DNA of 42,427 nucleotides from Myxococcota bacterium (lineage in GTDB: Bacteria > Myxococcota > XYA12-FULL-58-9 > JABJBS01). Positions 7,836 to 18,503 of this stretch are shown here, piece by piece. Position 1 is the first letter of the stretch; every line of letters begins with the position of its first letter. Below the pieces are notes generated by a model. That model saw only the letters and a program-made list of their open reading frames with translations, was not told the origin of the DNA and ran no database searches. The stretch lies in the NCBI GenBank assembly GCA_036339465.1, contig JAYZAY010000048.1, positions 1-42,427 of the forward strand, in the 5' to 3' direction. The position numbers and the translations under genes are program-made.

Positions 7836-9662
7836 ATGTCTGAAGAAATAAAATTAGCGGCGACCCCGATGCGCCGGCTCTTTCTCTACTTGAAGCCCCA
7901 CGGGAAACGATTTCGTTGGGCCTGCACCACCAGCGTGATCAATAGGATACTTGATTTGATGCCGCCCCTCTTGGTTGGATGGGTGATCGATTCCGTGCGC
8001 CGTGAACCTCCGGCATGGATTGTAACATTGTTGGATACCCAAGAGCCCTGGCCCATGGCCGTGTTTCTGGCGGCGCTGGGTGTCGGCATTTTTGCTTTCG
8101 AGAGTTTCTTTCAGTGGCTTTATCAAGTGGGCTTTATGAATCTCGCCCAGGATCTACAGCACGAATTGCGGATGGATGCTTACAACCATATTCAGCATCG
8201 AGAAATCGCGTTTTTTGAGAATCATCGCATGGGTGAAACCATGGCCATGCTCAATGACGACGTGAATCAACTTGAACGTTTTTTGAATACGGGTTTCAAC
8301 GAAATTCTCCAGCTTTTGGTCCTATTTCTTTTTGCCGGGAGTGTTCTTTTTGCGACATCGTGGCAATTGGCTTTGATTGGGATTATTCCCATTCCGGTTA
8401 TTCTTTGGGGTAGCTTCCACTATCAGCGCGTGATTGGACCCAGATATGCCCAAGTGCGGGAATCTGTTGGGCACTTGAGTAGTCGATTAGAAAACAATAT
8501 TGCGGGAATACAGGTCATTAAAAGCTTTACTGCGGAAATTTTTGAGTTGGCTCGGGTTTCGAGCGCATCGAGTACTTACCAAAAGAACAATCGCCACGCG
8601 ATTCAGCTTAGTGCTCTGTATATTCCTTTAATTCGAATGGCCATTGCGATTGGCTTTGGCGGTGTCCTCTTGGTGGGAAGCTATTGGGTATTGGAAGATA
8701 CGGGGATTATCACGGTTGGGGAGTTGGTCCTTTTTAGTATGATGATCCAACGGGTTTTGTGGCCTTTGACCAGGCTAGGGGTAACCTTAGATGATTTTGA
8801 GAGAGCGGCGGCGAGTGCGGCTCGAACTTTTGGTCTATTGGATACACCGACGCAAATACAAGATCCAGAATCCCCCAAAGACATTGGGCGTGTGCGCGGG
8901 GCAATCTCATTTGATGACGTCGACTTTTCATATAAACCAGAAATGCCCATTTTAAGGAGCCTCAATTTTCATGTCGATCCGGGGCAGACGATTGGTTTGG
9001 CGGGTACCACTGGCTCGGGTAAATCGACACTTATTAAATTGCTCTTGCGTTTCTACGATGTTGACGGTGGGAAAGTCTGTATTGATGGACATGATCTTCG
9101 AGAACTTCGTCTACAAGATTTGCGCCGCAACATATCTTTGGTCAGCCAGGATGTTTATCTCTTTCATGGGACTATCGCTGAAAATATCGCCTATGGCATA
9201 GAGCAAGTGGAAAAGGCCGATGTTGAGAAAGCAGGGCGCATGGCTCAATTGCATGACTTTGTGATGTCATTACCTGAGCAATATGAGACGGTGGTGGGAG
9301 AACGGGGCATTAAGTTGTCTGGGGGCCAGCGTCAGCGGTTGAGCATTGCTAGGGCGGTCTTGAAGGATGCGCCTATTATGATTTTTGATGAAGCCACAAG
9401 TTCTGTGGACACGGAAACGGAACGAGCGATTCAGGAAAATCTATTGAGATTGACCTATGGAAAAACAGCCTTGATTATTGCCCATCGACTCTCAACCATA
9501 CGTCATGCCGACCGAATTTTGGTTTTGGCAGGGGGCGGGGTGCGAGAAGATGGGGACCATGAGACGTTGATTGAAAAAGATGGTGTGTATGCTGATTTAT
9601 GGCATGTCCAATCCGGCGAGGTCGACCCCTTACCGTCGGAATTTGATCAAGAAGTTGCTTAG
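7836..9662 (+). CDS. ABC exporter, fused permease and ATP-binding domains (MsbA/ABCB-like)
   Basis: N-terminal TM domain; Walker A GTTGSGKST, signature LSGGQ, Walker B IFDEATSS, H-loop IAHRLST. GAGGTG SD before ATG 7836. Confidence 0.93.
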   Translation: MSEEIKLAATPMRRLFLYLKPHGKRFRWACTTSVINRILDLMPPLLVGWVIDSVRREPPAWIVTLLDTQEPWPMAVFLAALGVGIFAFESFFQWLYQVGFMNLAQDLQHELRMDAYNHIQHREIAFFENHRMGETMAMLNDDVNQLERFLNTGFNEILQLLVLFLFAGSVLFATSWQLALIGIIPIPVILWGSFHYQRVIGPRYAQVRESVGHLSSRLENNIAGIQVIKSFTAEIFELARVSSASSTYQKNNRHAIQLSALYIPLIRMAIAIGFGGVLLVGSYWVLEDTGIITVGELVLFSMMIQRVLWPLTRLGVTLDDFERAAASAARTFGLLDTPTQIQDPESPKDIGRVRGAISFDDVDFSYKPEMPILRSLNFHVDPGQTIGLAGTTGSGKSTLIKLLLRFYDVDGGKVCIDGHDLRELRLQDLRRNISLVSQDVYLFHGTIAENIAYGIEQVEKADVEKAGRMAQLHDFVMSLPEQYETVVGERGIKLSGGQRQRLSIARAVLKDAPIMIFDEATSSVDTETERAIQENLLRLTYGKTALIIAHRLSTIRHADRILVLAGGGVREDGDHETLIEKDGVYADLWHVQSGEVDPLPSEFDQEVA

Positions 9663-9764
9663 TCCCTGGGATGAGATTTTAAATATGAGCTTTGAATTGA
9701 TGGTGTTTCCAAAGGCACAATCAGGGCAGAATCTGCAAGGGAAAGATGACCGAGGTTGCTTAGG

Positions 9765-11534
9765 CTAGGCGGATAGTTGACGTTCCACCAGTGATTTGTA
9801 GAGACCAGATTCGTTCATGAGTGAATGGTGGTCGCCACTTTGAACCAATACACCATCATCCAAAACCATTACCCGATGGGCATTTTTGACGGTTGAAAGT
9901 CGATGGGCGATGATTAGGGTGGTTCTATTTCGCATCAAATGTTCCAATGCGTCCTGAACCAGGTACTCACTTTCGGAGTCGAGGGCACTGGTGGCTTCGT
10001 CGAGGATTAGGAGCCTCGGGTTTTTAAGCACAGCACGGGCGATGGCAATGCGCTGCTTTTGTCCCCCAGATAGCTGGACACCCCTTTCCCCCACCTCTGT
10101 TTGCCATTTTTCAGGGAATTCTTCGATGAAATCGGATGCGTTGGCGATAGCTGCGGCCTCTAATACTTCTTGTTGGCCAGTGGTTGGTTTCCCATAGCGG
10201 ATATTTTCTTCAATGGTGGTTGAGAAGAGAATCGGTTCTTGGGAAACGACCCCTATCTGTTCCCGTAGCCAAGTGGGGTCAAGTTGGGATAATTCATCAT
10301 TGTCAAAGGTGATGTGTCCAGAATCTGGATCGTAGAGTCGGGTTATGAGGGCCGCGATGGTTGATTTTCCTGAGCCGGAGGGGCCCACCAAAGCGACTAT
10401 TTCTCCAGGGGCGATTTCAAAGTTAATATCCCGTAGTACGGTGATGTCGGGTCGGCTTGGGTAAGAAAAATTGAGGTTCTTAAATGCGATGGACCCTATG
10501 GGGTCCCCAGGAGTTAGGCCGCAATGGTGATCTATTTTAGGATTGCGGTCGATAAGTTCAAAGACTCTTTCCGAGGCACCGACCGCTTGCATGAAATTGC
10601 TCCACAATCCTCCGAGTGCCCCCAATGAAAAGGCGACGATGAGGGTGTAGAGAATAAACGAGGTGAGATCGCCGACCGAAAGTTCTTGAGCGACCACCAT
10701 ATGTCCTCCGTACCAGAGTACAGCGGCGACCGCGCTATAACCGGTGATGGATGCGCCTCCCATAAAACTCGCGATGATTCTTGCTCGAAATTTGGCCACA
10801 TCAAAGGCTTTTTCGATGGCCCCCTCATATCTCTTGCTTTCCCCATTTTCTCGATTAAAGGCACGGACCGTTCGGATACCCGAAATGCTCTCTTCGGCGA
10901 TTTCACCGGCATCTCCTAGGGCATCTTGACTTTTGCGCGACAACTTACGGATCTGCCGTCCTATATTGACTGCGGCGAAAGCGACGGGAGGAACCACCAG
11001 GAGCATGAGTCCTGTGAGTTCCACGGATGTGTATAGTAGAAGGGCAAGTCCCCCGATGATGGAGGCCGTAAATCTGAGGGCCATGGAGATGTTGACGCTT
11101 ACAGCGTTTTGAATCACACCGGTATCGGATGAAAGTCGGTTTAGAAGTTCTCCCGTCCGCCTTTGGTCGAAAAAGGCGATTTCTTGTTTTAAGACATGCT
11201 CGAAGAGATATTTTCGGAGTTCGGCGACGATTCGTTCTCCGGTCACGGTAAAGAGATAGGAGCGTATACCCACAGCGATGCCCTGGATCACAAACATCAC
11301 GAGCATGGCTAGGGCGGCTAGGTCGATTATCTGGTTTTTGCCTTCTCCAAAGGCTTGGTCGATAATAACGCGAATGGCTTGGGGGTATCCGAGTCCCATG
11401 GCACTTCCCACCAGAAGACAGAGTGTTCCCAAAGCCAAGGGCCGCCAGTGAGGTTTGGCGAGGTTCACCAGTCTCCGCACAAGGGCCTTGCGTTTTCTCG
11501 GAGGTTTAGCGGTGGGGAATGTTGTTTCTGACAT
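9765..11534 (-). CDS. ABC exporter, fused permease and ATP-binding domains (MsbA/ABCB10-like)
   Basis: TM domain with FFDQRRTGELLNRL; GPSGSGKST, LSGGQKQR, LDEATSALD, IAHRLST. Confidence 0.94.
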   Translation of the reverse strand: MSETTFPTAKPPRKRKALVRRLVNLAKPHWRPLALGTLCLLVGSAMGLGYPQAIRVIIDQAFGEGKNQIIDLAALAMLVMFVIQGIAVGIRSYLFTVTGERIVAELRKYLFEHVLKQEIAFFDQRRTGELLNRLSSDTGVIQNAVSVNISMALRFTASIIGGLALLLYTSVELTGLMLLVVPPVAFAAVNIGRQIRKLSRKSQDALGDAGEIAEESISGIRTVRAFNRENGESKRYEGAIEKAFDVAKFRARIIASFMGGASITGYSAVAAVLWYGGHMVVAQELSVGDLTSFILYTLIVAFSLGALGGLWSNFMQAVGASERVFELIDRNPKIDHHCGLTPGDPIGSIAFKNLNFSYPSRPDITVLRDINFEIAPGEIVALVGPSGSGKSTIAALITRLYDPDSGHITFDNDELSQLDPTWLREQIGVVSQEPILFSTTIEENIRYGKPTTGQQEVLEAAAIANASDFIEEFPEKWQTEVGERGVQLSGGQKQRIAIARAVLKNPRLLILDEATSALDSESEYLVQDALEHLMRNRTTLIIAHRLSTVKNAHRVMVLDDGVLVQSGDHHSLMNESGLYKSLVERQLSA

Positions 11535-11852
11535 GGAATACTGCCTCTTGGGGTGTAGCTTAGTTTCCGCTATCTATGTGGGATTGAGTGGAGGTTAACT
11601 TTAAGGATCCAATTTTCGTTTTGCTCCTACCAAAAACTGAAGATTAGTGTCAAAATTGTGCCGGGAAACAACCGGAATTCTCCGAATGTTGGTGTAAACA
11701 CGTCAAGATAAGTTCTTTGGATTTCCCCCTGCGCAGATATCCCATGTAACTTATTAATAAGGTTTGAAAAATACTTTTATAGATGTTTTTTTCCGCTGGC
11801 TTGTTTCTTGCTATTGCTACTTGGATTCATTCATTTTTTGGGGAGTTGAAGC

Positions 11853-12665
11853 ATGACGAATACGGGCGATAAGGAGACCAATGAAAAATCTAAAGTAAAC
11901 GGATGGCTGATCACAGTTGTCTTGGTGGCATTGATAGGGGGATTTGGATTGATTCAACCCGATGGGAATCTGACCGGGCATGCAATTGGGCCAGAAGAAG
12001 TGGCTGGGGGCTGTGGCGGTGGTTACGAAGCGACAGGGGATGATGGATTGGTGGGAGTTACCGAGATTGGCGAGGATATTGTTGCCAATACGGAGATGGT
12101 CGAAGCGGATACTAAATCTGAGGCGACGGTACCGGTGATGACGCTTGATCAGGCATTAGAATTCGCCCAAGAGGAGGGCCGCGCAACTTGGATTCTCGAG
12201 TTGGCCAACCAATTGATTGCGCTACGTAAAGAGGCTCAAGTGGTTTTGGTGGATCCCGAGTTTGCCGCAAAGGTTCAGACTCTTTCAGAAAATAGACATC
12301 GGGTGATTAGAGAGCAATTTGGTGGGAAGCTGCTCATGCTTTCGGAGCCTGAATTGGAAAAGGTCACGGGCATGATGAACGGGATCCAGCTTTTGCCCCA
12401 AGAAGATGTTGAGAGTCTTGAGTTGAAACGAGACTACTATAAGACATTACTTGTTCCCGCTGAGTTGCATTCACTCATTTGGGTCCAGAAGAACTTATTT
12501 GACCACGACCTTCGGCTTGGGGATTCTAATTCCGAACCAATACCGGCACCAAGTGATCCCATAGGGATGGAGGGATTGGAAGTAGAACCGAAGATACTTC
12601 CAAGTAGAGAGGTCAAGGGTGGCTCGGATGCTACGGATACTCAGCCTGTTTATGACCAGGACTAG
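11853..12665 (+). CDS. Hypothetical protein with N-terminal membrane anchor
   Basis: GGGAG SD; one TM segment (WLITVVLVALIGGFGLI), a GGCGGG motif and an acidic helical body. Confidence 0.7.
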   Translation: MTNTGDKETNEKSKVNGWLITVVLVALIGGFGLIQPDGNLTGHAIGPEEVAGGCGGGYEATGDDGLVGVTEIGEDIVANTEMVEADTKSEATVPVMTLDQALEFAQEEGRATWILELANQLIALRKEAQVVLVDPEFAAKVQTLSENRHRVIREQFGGKLLMLSEPELEKVTGMMNGIQLLPQEDVESLELKRDYYKTLLVPAELHSLIWVQKNLFDHDLRLGDSNSEPIPAPSDPIGMEGLEVEPKILPSREVKGGSDATDTQPVYDQD

Positions 12666-12777
12666 TGCAGGTGCCTTGGGCGATAGTTTGTGCCGAATCT
12701 TTGGACTCTGAAATGGTTGGGGTTGATGCTGTATGTGTCGATTGCTGAACGTCAAGTGGCGGGAGGAGATTCTAGGC

Positions 12778-14973
12778 TTATTGCATCTGAATACGTTTTG
12801 GCTTCCGCCGAGTGATTTCCCATACATTGTGAATTTTGTCATTTCGGGCAAAGTCTGGGGGTATGGTTTTTTGAGTGATATCTTTGATATCAAGTCCAGT
12901 GAGTGCTTCATGGTCCATTTTAAAATTTCGTCGATTATTGGAGAAGATAAGGGTGCCATTTTTTGCCAGTAATTTTGTGGTGGCTTGAAGGAGGGCTGTG
13001 TGGTCTCGTTGGACATCGAATGTTTCGGACATATGGGATGAATTTGAAAAGGTAGGAGGATCCAGAAAAATCAAACCATATTGTTTTCGGCACTCACGTA
13101 TCCATCTTAAACAATCAGCACGTTCAAAAGAGTGGTCCCGTCCTCCAATATGGTTGAGTTCGGCATTTTCCTGGGCCCATTTTAAATATGTGTTGGACAT
13201 ATCCACGGTGGTGGTAGATCTTGCCCCTCCTTTTGCAGCATAGACAGTGGCGGTTCCGGTATAGGCGAAAAGGTTGAGGAACGACTTTCCATTGCTCAGT
13301 TCTCGGAGGATATTGCGGGTTATTCGATGATCAAGGAAAAGTCCGGTGTCGAGGTAGTCGGTGAGGTTTACCTTAAATTGACATCCGTTTTCCCGCACAT
13401 TGAAGAAATTTGATCGACTATCGTGCTTTTCATATTGCGATGTGCCGCGTTGTCGTTCTCGTTGCTTGATGTGAATGTTTTTTGGGTCCGCTTGGAGGGT
13501 TTCGTACATAACGCGGCTGGCGGCTTGGACAATATCATTGAAACGGTGTTCGGCTTTGCGAGAGTCAACTGTATTGGGCGCTGCATATTCTTGTATGTGG
13601 AGATGGCCATCATACCAGTCGATGGCGGCGGCGTATTCGGGGATATCTCGGTCGTAGAGTCGATAGCAGGTAATGTCTTCTTTCTTCTGCCATTTGCGAA
13701 GGGATTTGATATTTTTTCGAATCCGATTGGCCACCATGGTGGCGCCTTCACTAAGCTCTCTCGCCGTTTCTGTTGCGACCACATGGGCCCGTGTTTCTTT
13801 TAACTGCCGCTCAGTGTCTACCGCGAAGATGAGTTGTTCGCATTTTAGGGTTCCATTGTAGAGAACATTGCGTTTGTGGGCGCGAAGGCCCATGCTGCGT
13901 GCCAGTGCTGGTTCACTCGTAATTATGGATGCGTGCCAGCCGACAAAGTGTTTTTTCAGTTGGCGACCGAGCCGGGCATAGAGTTCGTGGAGTTCAGGGG
14001 TTGTGCTGAGTCGCTCTCCATAGGGAGGGTTTACGATGACCAAGCCTTCTTTCGGGCAGGGGTTGAGTCCACGGAAATCGTCTATGGGTTGTTGTTTGAC
14101 GGTGATTTTATCGCAAAAGTCGGTGCGGGCCATATTGCGCTCCGCAATATTGATGATGCGTCCATCTTGATCGGCTCCCCGAATCAAGACCTCACGCTTC
14201 AGTCCTTCGATTTTTCGCGCTTCAGCTTCTGTGAGTAGTTGTTCCCAGGCCTTCGGATCGTGACCTTTCCATCGGAGGAAACCGAAATAACGCCGGCTTA
14301 GATTGGGGGCGATGTCGTGCGCCATCATGGCGCCCTCGATGAGTAGCGTGGCTGAGCCACACATGGGATCGTAGAGGGCACCACCGGATTGGGCGATTTC
14401 AGGCCATTTTGAACGCCAGAGAAGGGCCGCTGCCAGTGTCTCTTTTAGGGGCGCTTCCGCCCCTTCTATGCGATAACCCCGCCGGTGGAGACTATTACCG
14501 GCCAGGTCGATCCCGACGGTGGCTTCGTCTCGGTCGATTTCTACGCGAACTTTTAGGTCGGGTTCCCGGGTATCAATGGAGGGGCGTTGACCTGTTTTTT
14601 CTCGAATTTGGTCGACGATAGCATCTTTGGACTTTTGTGAGATGAAGTGGGTGTGATCGAGCTTGGAACGGCTGCTGTAAGCATCGATAGCGAGGGTACC
14701 ACCGGCTTCCATATGGGTGAGCCAGGCAATTTTTTGCAGGCCTTCATAGAGCGCGTCTTGGTTTTGACATTCGAATTGAGCCAAAGCGAACCAGACTTTG
14801 TTGGCCAACCTAGACCAAAGACAGACCCGATAGGCATCTTTAAACGTGCCACTGAAATGGGCACCATTACGTTTTTGCTCAACATTTTTCAGCCCCATGG
14901 CTTGTAGTTCTTCGACGAGGAGGGGGCAAATCTCCCTGGGGCTGGTGGCGATAAATTTCTGTTCTTGCATCAT
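12778..14973 (-). CDS. rlmKL: Bifunctional 23S rRNA m2G2445/m7G2069 methyltransferase RlmKL
   Basis: THUMP region, SLHRRGYR, APLKETLAAA, DPMCGSAT, NPPYGER; second MTase domain YLDTGLFLDHR, LNLFAYTG, FLDPPTFSNS. Confidence 0.95.
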   Translation of the reverse strand: MMQEQKFIATSPREICPLLVEELQAMGLKNVEQKRNGAHFSGTFKDAYRVCLWSRLANKVWFALAQFECQNQDALYEGLQKIAWLTHMEAGGTLAIDAYSSRSKLDHTHFISQKSKDAIVDQIREKTGQRPSIDTREPDLKVRVEIDRDEATVGIDLAGNSLHRRGYRIEGAEAPLKETLAAALLWRSKWPEIAQSGGALYDPMCGSATLLIEGAMMAHDIAPNLSRRYFGFLRWKGHDPKAWEQLLTEAEARKIEGLKREVLIRGADQDGRIINIAERNMARTDFCDKITVKQQPIDDFRGLNPCPKEGLVIVNPPYGERLSTTPELHELYARLGRQLKKHFVGWHASIITSEPALARSMGLRAHKRNVLYNGTLKCEQLIFAVDTERQLKETRAHVVATETARELSEGATMVANRIRKNIKSLRKWQKKEDITCYRLYDRDIPEYAAAIDWYDGHLHIQEYAAPNTVDSRKAEHRFNDIVQAASRVMYETLQADPKNIHIKQRERQRGTSQYEKHDSRSNFFNVRENGCQFKVNLTDYLDTGLFLDHRITRNILRELSNGKSFLNLFAYTGTATVYAAKGGARSTTTVDMSNTYLKWAQENAELNHIGGRDHSFERADCLRWIRECRKQYGLIFLDPPTFSNSSHMSETFDVQRDHTALLQATTKLLAKNGTLIFSNNRRNFKMDHEALTGLDIKDITQKTIPPDFARNDKIHNVWEITRRKPKRIQMQ

Positions 14974-15428
14974 GGATTCTGGTGGCTATGGCCTATGGTT
15001 TGACGATCGTCAAATAGGTTTGAACAATTTTTTGGTTGGGTTCTTGATTTAGGGGCCTTAGAGCCGCGGAACCCATGGCTTTTCCCTATTAGATGGGTAC
15101 TGACTGTGTCCTTTTTAGTCGATATGGCTCAAAGTTTGTTCACCCATTCCATTGGAATCTTTCGCCAACACTTCAATGATGGCCCGTTGAGTTGGATTTG
15201 GTTTGTGTCTCATGGTGGACAGCCTTTGTTTGAGTTTTGTGCCTGCTTATTTTTTGGGTGGATCCCAAGGAATGTAGCCGGTTGAATTACGATGCTCGAC
15301 GGATGATGAGCGGGACCCCATTATTTGGTATTTGTAACCGAAAAAAAGATTTTTGGTTTTTGGGGGGGATTTGTACTATAGTTTTCGGGCCAGGACAGGT
15401 CTTGGGCTTTAAGGGGGTAATATTCTAA

Positions 15429-16340
15429 GTGGCAAAAATTTTGGTTGCAGAAGATGATAACATCATACGTTTTACTTTGGCAGGCTTCCTCGAGCAGGAT
15501 GGCCACGATGTCGTTACGGTTGAGGATGGCCAATGCGCATTAGAGATTCTCAATGAGGACAGCAATTTCGATCTAGTTTTGGCGGAGCTTGAGCTACCAC
15601 GGCTGTCGGGGCACCTACTGTTTAGGCTGATGCAAGATGAGTATCCACATATTAAACAGGTCCTTCTTACGGACTATGATATCAAACATTTTATATCCAT
15701 TGCGACTCAATTTGGTTTTTCGAATTTTGTTACCAAAACGATCCCATTGAATTTTCAAGATATTTTAGCTTACATGAAAGCCCTTCTAGAGAAGGATTTT
15801 TTTGGCATTGACCGATATTTGGGGGCTGAACACGAATTTCTCGAATTAGATGTTGTTCGGTCCACTGATATCGCCGACCATATCCATAAGATTCTTGAGC
15901 AGTTTGAAATAGATGACGAAGAGTGCAAGTTGGAACAGGCCTTTGTGGAGATTCTAACCAATGCGGTTTACTACGGCGTGCTGCATGCAGACGGAGCTCA
16001 AAAACACAATTGGGAGCGCGAATTTTTGATTCCGGAGGGACAGGTCACTGTGGAATGCGGACAGGATTCAGAGAAGATTGCGGTGGCGATTTGTGACACC
16101 GGTGGACGGTTAAATAAGAAGCAAGTACTGCGTTGGCTTAGTCGGCAGGTTCGGGTATGTCCCCAGGGACTACCTTTGGGGATGCGTGATACCCATGGCC
16201 GCGGCCTTTATCTTTCTCGAGAATTTACGGATCGTCTTATCATCAATATTGAGAAGGGTAAGCGGACCGAAATCATCTGCATCAAATATTTCAATCAAAC
16301 CGGATTGGGACCAAAGCCGCTTTTGATCAATGAAGTTTAG
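15429..16340 (+). CDS. Atypical receiver domain fused to an RsbW/SpoIIAB-like HATPase (anti-sigma/Ser kinase) domain
   Basis: KILVAEDD...FDLVLAELELP...LLT...VTK receiver pattern; C-terminal EILTNAVYYG (N box), ICDTGG (G1) and GRGLYL (G2). GTG start. Confidence 0.8.
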   Translation: MAKILVAEDDNIIRFTLAGFLEQDGHDVVTVEDGQCALEILNEDSNFDLVLAELELPRLSGHLLFRLMQDEYPHIKQVLLTDYDIKHFISIATQFGFSNFVTKTIPLNFQDILAYMKALLEKDFFGIDRYLGAEHEFLELDVVRSTDIADHIHKILEQFEIDDEECKLEQAFVEILTNAVYYGVLHADGAQKHNWEREFLIPEGQVTVECGQDSEKIAVAICDTGGRLNKKQVLRWLSRQVRVCPQGLPLGMRDTHGRGLYLSREFTDRLIINIEKGKRTEIICIKYFNQTGLGPKPLLINEV

Positions 16341-16477
16341 CCCCGGACCGCGCTTTGTCGGCGCCTTTTGTCATGGCCAGAGTATCATTGATGCCTTGCA
16401 ACTTATGGGCAATCGTCATGCCAGATTTCTTCTTTCTCTAGGTTTTGTTCCTGGAGTTGTGATGGGCGTAGAGGTAA

Positions 16478-16837
16478 TCCCAGGGCTTTTTTGGAGGGGG
16501 GTTTCCTGATGTCTTGGATTGCTCAGTTTTCTCTCGGGAATTACTAGAGAAAGCTTTTCAAGAGGCGACCTTATTCTCCGAGAGGGAGCATGTGGGCCCC
16601 TATATGAAAACATTGGGGGATCGCTACAAGCTTGGGGTTTACCAAAAGTTTCAGGGGCTTGGTCACCATCGCTGGACCCTTGATGAGGAACGGGGTTACG
16701 CGCTCCTCACCCGCGTGTATGATGCGCTCTGCCAGCCCAATGAAATTTTTCACACCCAGAAAATATTGAATTTATTGGATGCACACGCCGATATTTTATC
16801 ACTCAATGATGGTTTGCTCGAAACGAAGGGTACTTGA
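16478..16837 (+). pseudogene. C-terminal fragment of an SpsF-like cytidylyltransferase-family protein
   Basis: GFPDVLDCSVFSRELLEKAFQEATLFSEREHVGPY and HHRWTLDE match the SpsF C-terminal pattern. In-frame TAA at 16475-16477 and no intact N-terminal nucleotidyltransferase motif. Confidence 0.65.
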
Positions 16838-17468
16838 AGTCCTTGAATGAAGACAAAGATTTCAGGAAACTTCATAAATAGTGAGGGGTGGGACCGTTTT
16901 TTGTGGCTTGAGGAAGGGTCGCTTCCAAGTGGTTTGCCAAATGATGAAGCATTGGGTCGGCGGTCAGGTCGGCCAGCCACCGAAGTTTTTTGATGCGCAT
17001 GATTTGTGTCTAGGGGTGATTTCTCTGCAGAAATCTTTCCTTGGTGGTCGTGTTGTTTTGAGCTTTTTCCGCCGATCTACTTTCGGTTGCCAAGGTCAGT
17101 ATTTTCTCCAAGACCCATAGGGTGGGAAAGAAATGAAAGGCGCGTTACAGTTGCTTGAGGGCCTCGATGGTTTGCCCCGCTTCACGGAGAGAGTCTGAGA
17201 GTTGGAGGTGGTGTCAAACTACAAGGGGTCTTTTTCTCGAAGTTCTGAGAGCGTGTTCCGAGAGGGGGGAGCAAGGCTTTGTGCTAGCTTGTATCTGTCT
17301 TCCGTATTGATTCCGTTGACGATGACGCCGACGCATCCACTAGGAGTTCATAGCCCGCGTTCCCATAACCAATGGTATGTATCGGGCTGGAAAGTCTTGG
17401 GGTCTCTTTTGTAGAGGATTTTTCTGTTGGGGGCGTCTTTGCCGAATCGGCCCCAGAGTTTGGCTACC

Positions 17469-18119
17469 TTAATGAAACATCGTACTTTTCGACTCGAGGC
17501 TTAAGCTCAATCCACGTCGTCGCATCTTGGCGTATAGAGCAAGATATTCGAATCCATTCTGGTAGTCTTCAAAAAATCCGCCGTAGTCTTGAAAGGTGTT
17601 TCTACGGATCAGAAGGGCCGCGCCGGTGATGACGGCAGGGTTCTTTTTTGGTTGTCGCACAATTGGATGGTTGGCCGGAAAGGATTCGAAAAGGTGGATG
17701 GGATTACCAAAAGGAGTGATCCCCACGCCGACATGCTGAATCGTTTTATCCTGAGGGTCGAGGAGAGTGGGGCCGATGGGGCTACAGGTTGGGTCCCGCT
17801 CTAGGACAGAAATCAGAGGTTCCAGAAAATGGGGAGTGCAGAGGGTATTGTTGTTTAGAAAGAATGGGGTAGTTTTCCGTGCTGGCATCGGCTCCTTGAT
17901 TGCACGCTGGCCCGAAGTTTAGAATTTCGGGCTTTCGGATCCTTAGAAATTACTCGCCGAAGAGTTTTTTGGCCAGGATGGTCAAGTGTTTTTTTGTCTC
18001 ATCGGTGGAGCCATTGTCTACCACGATGATTTGATAGTTTGGGAAATCTTATGCTCTAGAATCAGGTTCAGACAATTTTGGGTGAAGGGCCATTGATTGT
18101 AGACCGGGATGATAATGCT
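17469..18119 (-). pseudogene. Degraded family 2 glycosyltransferase (may extend toward ~16850)
   Basis: SIIIPVYNQW, QIIVVDNGSTDET, NFGPACNQGA, FLNNNT and ITGAALLIRR..F...GGF occur in different frames; in-frame stops at 17950-17952 and 17469-17471. Confidence 0.85.
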
Positions 18120-18452
18120 TAAGCCCATCGGGTATATTTTCTGAATCACCTGTGGATTTCAAGATTTAGTCTTTTTTGATCGAAGGAGGGTTTCAAATGG
18201 CCTTTCAAATGGACCATGGGTTTTAGGAGGTATGGGTGAGCCCATGGGCATTCTTTCCGGCGTTGGTTTCTATTATTCCTCGAGCCTAAGGGGAGCCTTC
18301 CCATGTTGAACCGTGGCTTTGGCCGGTTTTTTTTGGAATGAAAGGGAGTGTTTAGGAACTAAGGGCGGTTTTTTCTGAAAAATGGGTGATCATTGAGGGC
18401 TATTGGTATTTCACGGTCTGCTTTTAGGTGTTTACGCACTGGGCATTCTGGG

Positions 18453-18473
18453 TGATAATAAGAATGATTATCA
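18453..18473 (+). promoter_or_regulatory. Fur box upstream of bfd
   Basis: TGATAATAAGAATGATTATCA: 16/19 match to GATAATGATAATCATTATC with perfect 7-bp inverted arms, ~30 nt before the bfd ATG. Confidence 0.85.
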
Positions 18474-18503
18474 AAACTATAGTTTTCAAGGTAGAGTCCA
18501 TTT

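Noticed and set aside
15115..15213. Minus-strand 32-aa ORF resembling a winged-helix N-terminus
   Set aside because: Too short and unsupported; at most a remnant.
18183..18330. Tiny SD-led ORFs and a TTTCAAATGG direct repeat upstream of bfd
   Set aside because: Too short to distinguish from chance.
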